Assembly: GCA_051532055.1 (NCBI GenBank)
Contig: JAOPTX010000017.1
Span: 4,628-68,627, forward strand
Reading direction: 5' to 3'
DNA length: 64,000 nucleotides
Source of the DNA: Fibrobacterales bacterium
GTDB lineage: Bacteria > Fibrobacterota > Fibrobacteria > Fibrobacterales > JAOPTW01
Of this stretch, positions 30,707 to 40,811 are shown one piece after another. Position numbers and translations under genes: made by a program. The notes beneath the pieces are model-generated. The model was not told the DNA's origin. It worked only from the letters and a program-made list of their open reading frames with translations, and ran no database searches. Positions within the stretch are counted from its first letter, which is position 1. Each line of letters opens with the position of its first letter.

Positions 30707-33337
30707 TTATGGTTTCATCTCTAAGAGGAGTTCTTTTATGGTCTGATAATCTGTTTTACCGGTACCCAACACTGGGATGGATTCTACAACAAGTATCTTT
30801 TTAATATTGTAGAGTGTTGGGAGTCCTTCACTTCTAAGAAGATCATTAATATACTCACGAGCAAGGTCCTCTGTGGTTAATAATACAATCTCTTGGTACT
30901 CATCAGGGCCAATGACATCAATTGCAATGGCGGGGCCTTCATCGCTTCCAGGATAGTGTTTCTGAAGGGCCGTCTCAATTGCGGGTAAAGAAACCATTTC
31001 ACCACCAAGCTTAATAAACCGTTTGAGTCTACCTTTAAAGGTGAGTAGGCCATCAGGGCCTTCAATAACTAGGTCTCCGGTGCTGTAGTAGGTCTCGCCT
31101 TTATAATCAATAAAAGGAGAGGCTCCGTCAAAGTTGAGATAGCCATTAAAAATACTCGAACCCTTAACAATTAAAAGTCCTTCATCCCCTGGAGCAACTT
31201 CTTCATGGGTTTCGTGATGAATAATATGGTAGGTGAGAGAAGGCATAACATAGCCAATTGACCCGGGCACCGATGCTTCAACTTTATTGGCACTGACTAC
31301 AGGTGAACATTCGGTAATGCCATAGCCTTCAATAATGACGGCATTGGGACAGAGTTCAGCAAATTTTTCATAGACATAATCAGGACATTTTTCTGCCCCA
31401 ACGACAGCAAGGCGCGTTGTTTTCAGTCCTTCACCTGTTGCAGAACGAAGGATTCCATTCACAAAAGTAGGTGTTCCAAAAATGACACGGGGTTTATATG
31501 CCTGGATGAGGGTTGCAAGGATCGCCCCTTCAGTGGGGTTTGCATGATAGACTGTTTTCATATTTGAGACGAGTGGTAATATAATCCCAATGGCGATTCC
31601 AAAGGAATGAAATGGTGGGAGCATACTCAATAATGAATCGTCTTTACGGAGATCTATTACTTTAGTGTAATCTCTATAATTAGCAACGAGGTTCGCGTGG
31701 GTAAGAGGGACTGCTTTTGGCTTTGACTCTGAGCCACTCGTAAAGAGGACGACTGCTGTATCACTCTCTGTAGGTGTATGGAAGGATTTAGTATTGAATC
31801 GAGCATTCAACAGAGCAGAAATTTTTTGAATAATTCCAACTTTACTGATGAGGTCCTCGAGAATAAACCAGGTACATGTAAGCTGGTCTTGTTTAAATCC
31901 TTGGGTTTTTATTTTGTCGAGAAGTTTCTTAGCTGTAATAATTGTGCGTGTATCGGTATTTAAAAGGCCATGTTGAATGTTCGCCTCTCCTGAGGTCCAG
32001 TTGATCATTACAGGGACTTTGCCAGCTGCAATTACTGCAAAATAGAGAACTGATGCAGTTACTGATGCGGGAAGCATTATGGCTACCTGTTTTTCGGGAA
32101 TTGCCTCTATAAAGGGCTTGAGTACCATCATTGAAACAAGAATATCATTATACGTTCTATTGCCACTTGTTTGATCTGCGATGATCACTTTCTTAGGATT
32201 AAGTGCTGCTTGTTTTAAAAAAAGTTCCAGCGCTGTAGAACCGGCAAGAGGTTCGATCCTACCCTGAGGCATAGGCTCAAACCACTGTTTATGGATGAGG
32301 TTTCTATTTATTGCAGTACTATCAAGTGAGATTCCCGCCGCTGCGAGCATGAGTGAACCAACACTTTGCAAGCTGTCAATAGAGCTAATAGAGGTCGCAT
32401 ATTCTGATTCGAGCCAAGTAACCAACTCGACCATACCGAGGCTATCAATACCGAGATCTTTATTGAGTGAAAGGTTGATAGTGACTTTGGAGCGGCCCGT
32501 CATTTCTTTGACTTTATCTATGATAGCATTTTTAATAGTATCGGGGATATGATCAAGGTCTGTTGACTGAACGTTACTTTTAGGTTCAGGTTTCACTACT
32601 GCATGATATCCCTGCCACCAAAAATAGGGTTTATATGTGTTGGGAACAATACGCCTATTGTAGTAGTTGGACAGATGAGTGTAGATAGCAGTGCGGCCTT
32701 TGTCGAGAGGTAAATCATCAGGCTGTTCAAAAGTTATGGATACCGAACGTTTTGGCATGAAAAAACCGAAATTACAGACAATAGCAAGGAGGTAACGTTT
32801 CCAATAGGTAAACAGGCCAGGTGGGTGGCCTCCTGCCCAGCTGAAACTGCTCCCCCAGAGACCTTCTGTTTTTACAAGCACAATATTTACATCGGGTACT
32901 TCTGCAAGAATACGTGAGAGGCTACTTTTGCCACTTAAGTCCTCATGAGTACTCCTATAGAGTTGACCTGAAGGGTAGAGGAGAACATTGTTGCCTTCCT
33001 TCAGACAGGTGTTTACCCGGTTCATACTTTCTATGACTGAATCTTTAACGCTTATCCCACTCTTTTTTATATCAGGAATGGGGATGAGATTAAACTCTTT
33101 AATGATATTTCCCACAATAGGGATGTCAATTTGACTCTCGTCGGCGAGTGAGTGCGGTTGAAATTTTTTAAACAGTACGGAGTGCATTAAAACAGGGTCG
33201 ATAAGAGCGGGGTGATTGGGGAGAAAGAGAAACCCTTTATCATTTTTTTTGGTGAGGGTATCGAGGCCCGAAAGTGTTACTCTATAACGGAGGCGTAAAA
33301 CAGTTTTTGTTATGAAAAAAAGAAGGGAAGCAATCAT
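30707..33337 (-). CDS. Aas-like acyltransferase - acyl carrier - AMP-dependent ligase fusion
   Basis: NHPALID (HX4D), DLGIDSLGMVEL (phosphopantetheine Ser), FTSGSESKPK, GYGITE, TGD, GKTD. Confidence 0.88.
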   Translation of the reverse strand: MIASLLFFITKTVLRLRYRVTLSGLDTLTKKNDKGFLFLPNHPALIDPVLMHSVLFKKFQPHSLADESQIDIPIVGNIIKEFNLIPIPDIKKSGISVKDSVIESMNRVNTCLKEGNNVLLYPSGQLYRSTHEDLSGKSSLSRILAEVPDVNIVLVKTEGLWGSSFSWAGGHPPGLFTYWKRYLLAIVCNFGFFMPKRSVSITFEQPDDLPLDKGRTAIYTHLSNYYNRRIVPNTYKPYFWWQGYHAVVKPEPKSNVQSTDLDHIPDTIKNAIIDKVKEMTGRSKVTINLSLNKDLGIDSLGMVELVTWLESEYATSISSIDSLQSVGSLMLAAAGISLDSTAINRNLIHKQWFEPMPQGRIEPLAGSTALELFLKQAALNPKKVIIADQTSGNRTYNDILVSMMVLKPFIEAIPEKQVAIMLPASVTASVLYFAVIAAGKVPVMINWTSGEANIQHGLLNTDTRTIITAKKLLDKIKTQGFKQDQLTCTWFILEDLISKVGIIQKISALLNARFNTKSFHTPTESDTAVVLFTSGSESKPKAVPLTHANLVANYRDYTKVIDLRKDDSLLSMLPPFHSFGIAIGIILPLVSNMKTVYHANPTEGAILATLIQAYKPRVIFGTPTFVNGILRSATGEGLKTTRLAVVGAEKCPDYVYEKFAELCPNAVIIEGYGITECSPVVSANKVEASVPGSIGYVMPSLTYHIIHHETHEEVAPGDEGLLIVKGSSIFNGYLNFDGASPFIDYKGETYYSTGDLVIEGPDGLLTFKGRLKRFIKLGGEMVSLPAIETALQKHYPGSDEGPAIAIDVIGPDEYQEIVLLTTEDLAREYINDLLRSEGLPTLYNIKKILVVESIPVLGTGKTDYQTIKELLLEMKP

Positions 33338-33427
33338 ACTATAAATCCATGGTATTTTAATGAAATATACAATAAAATAGAGTAAGAGAGGGAGGTATGG
33401 TGCTTCCTTGTTTAGGGTTGGTAGACT

Positions 33428-34993
33428 ATGAAACGAGAGATAATGCTTCAGCAATTGCATGAGCACGGTACATCCCCTTTTGATATTATTGTTATTGGTG
33501 GTGGGGCGAGTGGTCTAGGTACGGCAGTAGATGCTGCGAGTAGGGGATATAGTGCTCTCGTTGTAGAGCAAAGTGACTTCGCTAAAGGCACTTCGAGTCG
33601 CTCAACAAAATTGGTACACGGTGGCGTACGCTATTTAGCCCAAGGTGATATTTCTTTGGTACTCGAAGCGCTCCGAGAGCGTGGTATTCTTCTTAAAAAT
33701 GCTCCTCATTTAGTGACCGATCAATCGTTTATTATACCGAACTATGCTTGGTGGGATGGGCCCTTCTATACTATTGGCATGAAGGTGTACGACACTATGG
33801 CGGGCAAATTAGGTCTGGGGCCTTCGGTTCATATTTCTAAAGAAAAAGTACTTGAGTATATTCCGAATTTAAAAGAAGATGGTCTTCAGGGTGGGGTGCA
33901 ATATTATGATGGACAGTTTGATGACGCACGCCTTGCAGTGAACCTTGCTCAAACTGCGGTGGACTATGGAGCGCTTGCACTCAATTATATGAAAGTGGTT
34001 GAATTATCCAAAGATGATAGGGAAATGGTGACTGGGGTTGTGTTAGAAGATACTCTCACAGGAGAGCGGTACACCATTCAAGCTCATTCAGTGGTCAATG
34101 CAACAGGAGTATTTGCGGATACTATCTTGCAGATGGATGATCCAGCTGCAAAAGCAACAATAAAACCCTCGCAAGGGGTGCATGTGGTACTTGATCGCTC
34201 GTTTTTAAAAGGGAGTGACGCTATTATGATTCCGAAAACGAGCGATGGTCGAGTATTATTTGCAGTGCCTTGGAAAAATCGTGTGGTGGTTGGTACTACA
34301 GATACTGAGTTGGACACAATCTCATTAGAGCCACGAGCCCTCGAAGAGGAGGTTTCATTTATCCTTGATACTGCTGCAGAGTATTTGGTAAAAGCACCGA
34401 ATCGATCAGATGTGTTGAGCGTTTTTGCGGGGCTTCGCCCTCTTGCAGCTCCCGAAGAGGATGGTGGGGCAACTAAAGAAATCTCACGAGGGCATAAGAT
34501 ATTTGTCTCTCTTTCTGGTTTGGTGTCTGTAACGGGAGGTAAGTGGACAACCTATCGTAAAATGGCTCAAGATGCTGTGGATAAAGCGGTACTTGTTGGA
34601 GGGCTTCATGAAAAACCATGTCTTACCGAGAGCTTAAGCATCCATGGCTATCGGCAACAATTTGATACTGCTGACCCCCTCTCAATGTATGGGTCTGATG
34701 CGGTGGGCATTAAAGAGTTAATTTCAGAGAATCCGGGGCTTGGTTTATCACTCACTGACTCATTTGATTTTTGTGCAGCAGAAGTTATTTGGATATGCAG
34801 ACATGAAATGGTGTGCAGGCTAGAGGATCTTCTTGCGCGAAGGTTTAGAGCCCTTCTTCTTGACGCTCGGGCAAGTATCAAGCTTGCAGAGCGAGTAGCT
34901 CCTATTATGGCCGAAGAGCTTGGGAATGACCGTACATGGATAGATACTGAATTAGAGCACTATAGACAATTAGTCAGCGGGTATCTATTGTAA
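33428..34993 (+). CDS. glpD: FAD-dependent glycerol-3-phosphate dehydrogenase
   Basis: IGGGASG, DFAKGTSSRSTKLVHGGVRYL, DGQFDDAR, GGKWTTYR. Confidence 0.95.
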   Translation: MKREIMLQQLHEHGTSPFDIIVIGGGASGLGTAVDAASRGYSALVVEQSDFAKGTSSRSTKLVHGGVRYLAQGDISLVLEALRERGILLKNAPHLVTDQSFIIPNYAWWDGPFYTIGMKVYDTMAGKLGLGPSVHISKEKVLEYIPNLKEDGLQGGVQYYDGQFDDARLAVNLAQTAVDYGALALNYMKVVELSKDDREMVTGVVLEDTLTGERYTIQAHSVVNATGVFADTILQMDDPAAKATIKPSQGVHVVLDRSFLKGSDAIMIPKTSDGRVLFAVPWKNRVVVGTTDTELDTISLEPRALEEEVSFILDTAAEYLVKAPNRSDVLSVFAGLRPLAAPEEDGGATKEISRGHKIFVSLSGLVSVTGGKWTTYRKMAQDAVDKAVLVGGLHEKPCLTESLSIHGYRQQFDTADPLSMYGSDAVGIKELISENPGLGLSLTDSFDFCAAEVIWICRHEMVCRLEDLLARRFRALLLDARASIKLAERVAPIMAEELGNDRTWIDTELEHYRQLVSGYLL

Positions 34994-34994
34994 C

Positions 34995-35216
34995 TCACTC
35001 GTTCTTGCGGAGTGCCATTAGTTTTTTGACAGTGAGCCGGATGAGGAGTATCCAAGGTGCGCCGTGAAAGAGTACATCAAACCAATCCATGGGTTGTAAC
35101 TGATGATAACCCTCAATGATCCACCGCACCTTTTCAACAAGATGGGGCTCTGGCATAAAAGGTGCGAGTCCGAGAGTTGCACAGAGAAGAATTACAAAGG
35201 GCCATTGATTGAGCAT
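34995..35216 (-). CDS. Small two-TM membrane protein
   Basis: LGLAPFMPEPHL...WFDVLFHG; in operon with the desaturase. Confidence 0.7.
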   Translation of the reverse strand: MLNQWPFVILLCATLGLAPFMPEPHLVEKVRWIIEGYHQLQPMDWFDVLFHGAPWILLIRLTVKKLMALRKNE

Positions 35217-35219
35217 AGG

Positions 35220-36092
35220 TTAACTCCGCTTAAAGGGGTGCAGTGATTGGGCTATGAAAGTACTGGGCATACTGGTATCGCCGGGGTAGCCTAGTTCAAT
35301 ATCTCGCCCATCTGAGGGGAGATACACCGTTCCAAAGATATAGTCCCAAAGACTCAGAGTTATTCCAAAATTGGCCCCATGACGATAGGGACGCGGCATT
35401 TTTTTGGAGTGATGCCAGATATGCATTTTGGGGTTGTTGAGCAAGTATTTAAGAGGACCGTAGTCCCAACCAACATTGGTATGGTTGAGATGTCCAATAG
35501 CTACTGTGGCTATATGTACTATAAAAAAATCATCAATGCCAAAACCGAGTAGTGAAACGGGTACAAATTGAATGATTTTATAGAAGATGTTTTCCATCCA
35601 GTGGTAACGGAGGTGAGCCGCAAAGCCCATTTCTTTCACTGAATGATGTACTGCATGAAAGCGCCATAATAAATTTGATCGGTGAAGGAGTCGATGGGTA
35701 CACCAAGAAATGAGATCAACAAGTAGAAAGAGGATACTCATTTGGGCCCAACGGGGGAGAGACTGCAGATGGATAATTTGAGTATTATTAATTCCAACTG
35801 ATTGGAGCAAGTCATGAAAGAGTGTGACGCCAATTTGTGAGAGAGCGTTATAGAGTATGAGTGAAAAAAGGAAAAAGTTGAAGAACATATAGAACCCATC
35901 GAGCCAAAAATCTTGCCGAAATAACGGCTGTTTCTTGCGCCAAGGAACTGCAATTTCTAGGGACCATGCTATGAGTGATAAACTAATGAGCCAGTAGAAG
36001 TAATTGTGGAGTGAAGGATGGGTAATTTCTTTTATCAGAAACGAACCATAATCACTATATGCAGATTCTATGATGGAAAAGTAGTGGTCCAT
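35220..36092 (-). CDS. Sterol desaturase / fatty acid hydroxylase family protein
   Basis: His boxes HRLLH, HAVHH, HLNH, HIWHH; NFG..LSLWD.IFGT. Confidence 0.92.
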   Translation of the reverse strand: MDHYFSIIESAYSDYGSFLIKEITHPSLHNYFYWLISLSLIAWSLEIAVPWRKKQPLFRQDFWLDGFYMFFNFFLFSLILYNALSQIGVTLFHDLLQSVGINNTQIIHLQSLPRWAQMSILFLLVDLISWCTHRLLHRSNLLWRFHAVHHSVKEMGFAAHLRYHWMENIFYKIIQFVPVSLLGFGIDDFFIVHIATVAIGHLNHTNVGWDYGPLKYLLNNPKMHIWHHSKKMPRPYRHGANFGITLSLWDYIFGTVYLPSDGRDIELGYPGDTSMPSTFIAQSLHPFKRS

Positions 36093-36095
36093 TAT

Positions 36096-36905
36096 CTATC
36101 CGTAGTTGCCACCAATGCGGCTATAAATGTTATGGGGTTGCCAGTCCGTCGATCCGTCAAATTCCATTCGAATTGGAGTAATTGGTTGTGCTTCAAAACC
36201 CTGCTCCATAAGAAATTTTTTGGCAGCTGTGTTTTCTGATGGAATAACAGTAGCCGTTTTGTTTTGGAGTTTACAGGTGAGAAGTGCAATGCCTGCAGCT
36301 TGTGTATGAGCTAGAATAGGCCCTTCGCCAAGACCAGGAATATAAAAGCCTTCAAGGTTTCCATTGGCAACATAGAGCTGTGCTTCGACTAAATGTTGAG
36401 TAATAAGTCGACTGCGCCCCTCTCCAGAGATCTCAGTGTCGAGGGCGTAGATATCAGAAAGATACATTTTGTGATAAGAGGTAATATGGGGATTTGTGAT
36501 TTTTTCGCAGAGAGGTGTACTCCGTGTAAAAGCGGTATAGGGAGATACTTCTGTAAAACCGAGACGAGTATACATATTAACACCAAAAGGCGATGCGCTT
36601 AACAAACAAGTATGCGCATTACTCTCTTGATAGTGATGTATGAGTGTTTCAGTTATTTTGGAGCCGATGCCCTTTTTGCGGTGTGCTTCTTTTACGATAA
36701 TATGAGCAAGCCACATAGTACCACTATAGCTTATGGCACATCCAATACCAGTAATCTCCCCTTTTTCTAAAACCTTGATGGGTGAGCAAAAAGGAGAACT
36801 GAGATACCGCTCAAATTCTGGGATGATATTGGGCCACCCTTCAGGCTGTAAGTAGTTGAGTTCTGACAGGTCATCGTAGGTGACTGGAGTAATAGTAAGG
36901 GTCAT
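36096..36905 (-). CDS. GNAT acetyltransferase (YitH-like two-domain)
   Basis: VKEAHRKKGIGS acetyl-CoA motif; GEGP.LA second domain. Confidence 0.85.
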   Translation of the reverse strand: MTLTITPVTYDDLSELNYLQPEGWPNIIPEFERYLSSPFCSPIKVLEKGEITGIGCAISYSGTMWLAHIIVKEAHRKKGIGSKITETLIHHYQESNAHTCLLSASPFGVNMYTRLGFTEVSPYTAFTRSTPLCEKITNPHITSYHKMYLSDIYALDTEISGEGRSRLITQHLVEAQLYVANGNLEGFYIPGLGEGPILAHTQAAGIALLTCKLQNKTATVIPSENTAAKKFLMEQGFEAQPITPIRMEFDGSTDWQPHNIYSRIGGNYG

Positions 36906-37336
36906 TGGAAAATAACCTCCTCTAAACGAACATCAATAATGAGTGTGGCATTGGGGCCGATTTTCTTACCAGCTCCCCGTTTTCCCCAGGCAAGTTCTGG
37001 GGGAATGATAAATTTATATCGTGACCCTTCAGGCATCATAAGAAGACCTTCTCGGTATCCTTCAATAGCTTCAGACAAAGGAAAAGTCGCGGGCTCATCT
37101 TTATAAGTGTCAGCCACAATTGTTCCATCGACAAGTGAAATCCGTTGATTTACCGTGACAGAATCAGACTCGTGCGGACAGATGTTCTCTTTTGGGTCTA
37201 TAATAGAAAAGAGCATTCCTGATGGGGTTTCTTGGTAGTCGGAGTGACCCCGCATTTTCTCAAAATAGGCATCGCTATTTTTACGATTTTGCCCTTGAGA
37301 CCCTTTACCTTTTGGTTTTGTTTTTCCACGCGCCAT
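36902..37336 (-). CDS. FKBP-type peptidyl-prolyl isomerase
   Basis: TPSG, DGT, IEGYREGL, IPPELAWG, IGPNATLIIDVRL. Start set at ATG 37336. Confidence 0.88.
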   Translation of the reverse strand: MARGKTKPKGKGSQGQNRKNSDAYFEKMRGHSDYQETPSGMLFSIIDPKENICPHESDSVTVNQRISLVDGTIVADTYKDEPATFPLSEAIEGYREGLLMMPEGSRYKFIIPPELAWGKRGAGKKIGPNATLIIDVRLEEVIFQ

Positions 37337-37495
37337 AATATAATAATACATATTGTTTGATACGCCGCGAATGAGGTTGTTGCCTTCAGTGTAAAAAGTT
37401 GTAAAGAAACATCTTATATTACGATTGTTATTGTGTTTTGATTTAAAAAACTGATATTTAAGCCACACAACACAGATAAGGCACAGGAGACTGAT

Positions 37496-39412
37496 ATGCC
37501 CGTTAAAACACCATACATATTTTTAATTATTACTACTGTAGTTATGACCCTTTCAGCAAGTGTATCCATTAGGGATACAACATGGGTATTTCGGCAGTAT
37601 GAAACAGAAGTTCCCTTATTCGACAATGGATATTATCCTGAAAATGGAAACCTATGTAAAGGACCCTGTACTGTAGGGGGTAAAGGTACCATTGAAATTC
37701 CTGATGAAAATGCCAAGATCATCGAGAATGATTTTTTGCGTGTTGTCATTGCTCCGTCGATTGGTGGAAGGGTCATGTCTATTTATCATAAAGAGAGTAA
37801 AACAGAACAGCTCTATCATGCAAATACTGCGGTACCATATCAAGGTCCTCTTGGAGTTTTCTATTATAATCACCTCCTAGTACATGGTGGGATCTTGCCA
37901 ACATTTCCTGGACCTGAGCATGGAAGAACATGGAATCAACATTGGGATATTGAAATTATAGAAGATACTTCTGAACGCGGTGCGGTTAAAATTAGTTATC
38001 TCGATGACCAGAACCGTCAAGCACATGAGTTTAACCCTACCTATAATTTCCCTGTAGAAAAAGACTCAAAGCTCTATTGTGCAGTAGAAATTTCTTTGGC
38101 AGCAGGGCATGCCGCAATGGGATATAAAGTACATTTCGAAAATAAAAATGATCATGCTATTGGGTATGAATTTTGGACATTGACAACACTTGCTCCCGGC
38201 ACAGACCCTGACTACACAGCTCTTCCTAAGAACACTCTTATTGTATCGCCCACCAAAAAAGTACAGTTACGAAACGACATTTGGGGTTGGATGTCTGATA
38301 TTGTAAACCCAACAGATGGGGATGGTACTCAGATAAAAGGTGGGGTATTGTCATGGTTTGATAAATCATCGCGCGTAGATGAGTGGGTTGATGAAGGAAT
38401 TATGTATGCCTATCCCAAAATGACTAAAGATTGGTGGGGCGCAATTAACCTTGATAATAATACAGGAGTACTCCGTATTGCACCACATGAGGTTACCCCA
38501 GGAATGAAATACTGGTCATGGGGTTTTAAAGCGTTTCAAGATAGTGGTGAACCTGTTGATTTAGATGCTCTTGATGAAAATCGGTCTCACATTGAAATCT
38601 GGGGCGGTCGTACACGGGAATTTACCGTCCTAGCAGATCCTATTGCTCCTGGCCCAGAGAATGCAATCATCTGGGATGAATATTATTATCCAACTTTCGA
38701 ACTTGATACCATACACTTTGCAAATGAGTTTGGGGCCATTCAAGTGAAAGAAAGGAGTGATGATATCGCAGTGATGATTTCATCGACTCTTCCTCATCAA
38801 TTGCATGAAATTTCTATTGGAGGTGCTGCCATTGAGGCTGTTGCGCCTGCAGATAAAGCGATGATTATTGCAGCAACGACAGGGTGTTTTAGTGACGGTG
38901 CATTGATAGAGGTTATAGTTGATGAAAACAAGGTCATAGACTTTAATGAAGCCATTGGAGTGACAGGAGCGGGCAGCTGTACTCTCACATTAGAACAAGA
39001 AGGAGAACAACTATCTAGTTCTGACGCTGTGACTATGAGTTCTGAAGAAATGAGCTCAGCGGATGAAAGTTCAGAAGATAATATCGGTGATGAAAGTTCT
39101 CAAGAGACCATCAGTAGTTCAGCGATTATAGAGTCTTCAGATAGTGGAGACGAACAAAGTTCAGATACAGACGTGTCGCCTCTTTTAGAGTCAGTATCAG
39201 GAGTATATTTTCAAAAGGGTTTAGTGTCGATAGGTAACGTTGCGGCAGATATAACGGTGGTGGATGTGACAGGAGTACCAGTATACCAATCAAAAGTAAG
39301 GGCAGGTTCTACCGTAGCATTATCCCAGTTTATATCTACATCAGGGGCCTATGTTGTTTTTGTTGATGGTATAAGTAATCGTCAGAAATCCTTTCTTTGG
39401 TACAATCAATAA
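37496..39412 (+). CDS. Secreted DUF5107-like protein with Ser-rich linker and C-terminal sorting-like domain
   Basis: Signal peptide; IENDFLRVVIAPSIGGRV, GMKYWSWG, HIEIWGG; Ser/Glu-rich linker; terminal VDVTG...GAYVV. Confidence 0.72.
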   Translation: MPVKTPYIFLIITTVVMTLSASVSIRDTTWVFRQYETEVPLFDNGYYPENGNLCKGPCTVGGKGTIEIPDENAKIIENDFLRVVIAPSIGGRVMSIYHKESKTEQLYHANTAVPYQGPLGVFYYNHLLVHGGILPTFPGPEHGRTWNQHWDIEIIEDTSERGAVKISYLDDQNRQAHEFNPTYNFPVEKDSKLYCAVEISLAAGHAAMGYKVHFENKNDHAIGYEFWTLTTLAPGTDPDYTALPKNTLIVSPTKKVQLRNDIWGWMSDIVNPTDGDGTQIKGGVLSWFDKSSRVDEWVDEGIMYAYPKMTKDWWGAINLDNNTGVLRIAPHEVTPGMKYWSWGFKAFQDSGEPVDLDALDENRSHIEIWGGRTREFTVLADPIAPGPENAIIWDEYYYPTFELDTIHFANEFGAIQVKERSDDIAVMISSTLPHQLHEISIGGAAIEAVAPADKAMIIAATTGCFSDGALIEVIVDENKVIDFNEAIGVTGAGSCTLTLEQEGEQLSSSDAVTMSSEEMSSADESSEDNIGDESSQETISSSAIIESSDSGDEQSSDTDVSPLLESVSGVYFQKGLVSIGNVAADITVVDVTGVPVYQSKVRAGSTVALSQFISTSGAYVVFVDGISNRQKSFLWYNQ

Positions 39413-39424
39413 AAGAACCATTAA

Positions 39425-39451
39425 ATACAGTCTTCGTTAAGAAGGCTGTAT
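39425..39451. terminator. Hairpin between convergent genes
   Basis: ATACAGTCTTC-GTTAA-GAAGGCTGTAT. Confidence 0.6.
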
Positions 39452-39472
39452 GAGTTTTAAGTATTTCTTTCG

Positions 39473-39901
39473 TTATCGTTTCACAAAAAACATACCTTGA
39501 GAGATATGTTGAAATGAGTCGCGTATGAATTGATACTTGGCCATGAGGGCGTCCATATCATGCCCTGAAAAGAGCCCAATAAATGCTCCAGGCCCAGTCG
39601 ATTTAGCGAGATGACTCAGAAGATGATTGAGGATTTCCCGACCACAACCTCGGTGTTGATGATCGGGATGGATGATAACATCTTGTATATAATAATAGAG
39701 TGCATTATCGCCAACAACTCTTCCAAAGCCAATGACACGTCCCTCATGGGTTAGGCAACAACCATATATGGTATGATCAAGCGCCTTTTGCAATTGAGAA
39801 GGTAGTGGTGTGTCAAATGCAACTAATGTGGAGAGAGTGGTGAATTCGTGAAGGCTAGGGAGCCGCTCTTCTATTAAATATACATCGGTGATTGTGGACA
39901 T
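39473..39901 (-). CDS. GNAT acetyltransferase
   Basis: IGFGRVVGD, IQDVIIHPDHQHRGCG. Confidence 0.9.
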   Translation of the reverse strand: MSTITDVYLIEERLPSLHEFTTLSTLVAFDTPLPSQLQKALDHTIYGCCLTHEGRVIGFGRVVGDNALYYYIQDVIIHPDHQHRGCGREILNHLLSHLAKSTGPGAFIGLFSGHDMDALMAKYQFIRDSFQHISQGMFFVKR

Positions 39902-40013
39902 ATAATCTCCTCTGTTCTTTTTAGTATACACCTTTTATGTGTGAAACCCTAGTGAAAAGCTATAGAGTTTTTTGGAGGCCAGAAGCTATTTGAGCTCTTT
40001 AATTAAAAGTAGG

Positions 40014-40811
40014 TTAAGAGAGTTGGGGGAACATCTGAATAAAGGCTTTATGAGTCGTTTTATCTAAATAGGGGTCTTCATCACTGTAGAGTTCTTGCTC
40101 TGTGTAACCTGATGCAATTTCGTTAACGACAAGAAAATTACGATCACTATTGATTTTAAAATGGACGCGCCAAGTACGTGCTCCAAGTTCATAGAGATCA
40201 AAATCAGGGTCGAGAAGTGTGATGCGTTTTCGTTTGGAGTTTATAGGGTCTTCAGAAAGCTGAGTCTCTATTAATGTGTGAAGGTCATAGTTTGCAGCAT
40301 GATGAATCCACTCAATTTGTTTTAGCGCACGGGGGGTAATTTCGATTTCAAAGGGTGTATGACTATGGTCTTCGAGCCAGCCCATAGATGCCATGGGAAA
40401 GCTATCTGCATAAGCAAGGTACGGCTTTATATCAACAATGGGGGTACCATCTAAGAGGTCGAAATCTTCTACTTCTATAGTGAGACCAGTTACCTGAATG
40501 AGTTTGACACAGGAGATGCCAATTTGGTTAGGTCGGTAAGGGGCCCTCGTTGCAAATACTCCTCGTTTACCTTCTCCTCGTGGGGTATTTACTTTGGGCT
40601 TCCAGTTATCGTTGCGATCAAAAAGGTATATAAGCCAAACGCGATCAAAAGTGTTGAGGTCTTCGAGGGCTTGCTCAAAGTTTTGACCGGGATGGAGTTT
40701 TATAAATCCTGTCTCACCTCTTCCTTTCAGGGTCCCTTGGCGTGGTGCGAGTTGACGGTATGTGTGATCGCAGGTAAAGGTGCCAATAGGTGTAATGGTG
40801 ATGGGCTCCAT
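40014..40811 (-). CDS. trmO: tRNA (N6-threonylcarbamoyladenosine(37)-N6)-methyltransferase
   Basis: PRQG, GVFATRAPYRPNQIG, DLLDGTPIVDIKPY. Confidence 0.92.
   Translation of the reverse strand: MEPITITPIGTFTCDHTYRQLAPRQGTLKGRGETGFIKLHPGQNFEQALEDLNTFDRVWLIYLFDRNDNWKPKVNTPRGEGKRGVFATRAPYRPNQIGISCVKLIQVTGLTIEVEDFDLLDGTPIVDIKPYLAYADSFPMASMGWLEDHSHTPFEIEITPRALKQIEWIHHAANYDLHTLIETQLSEDPINSKRKRITLLDPDFDLYELGARTWRVHFKINSDRNFLVVNEIASGYTEQELYSDEDPYLDKTTHKAFIQMFPQLS

Noticed and set aside
33338-33466. Long N-terminal extensions in the ORF track (Aas-like, aroA, FKBP, LPP20-like, 57064 ORF, bioA, lpxH)
   Set aside because: They overlap neighbouring genes or promoters; homology and signal peptides begin at downstream ATGs.
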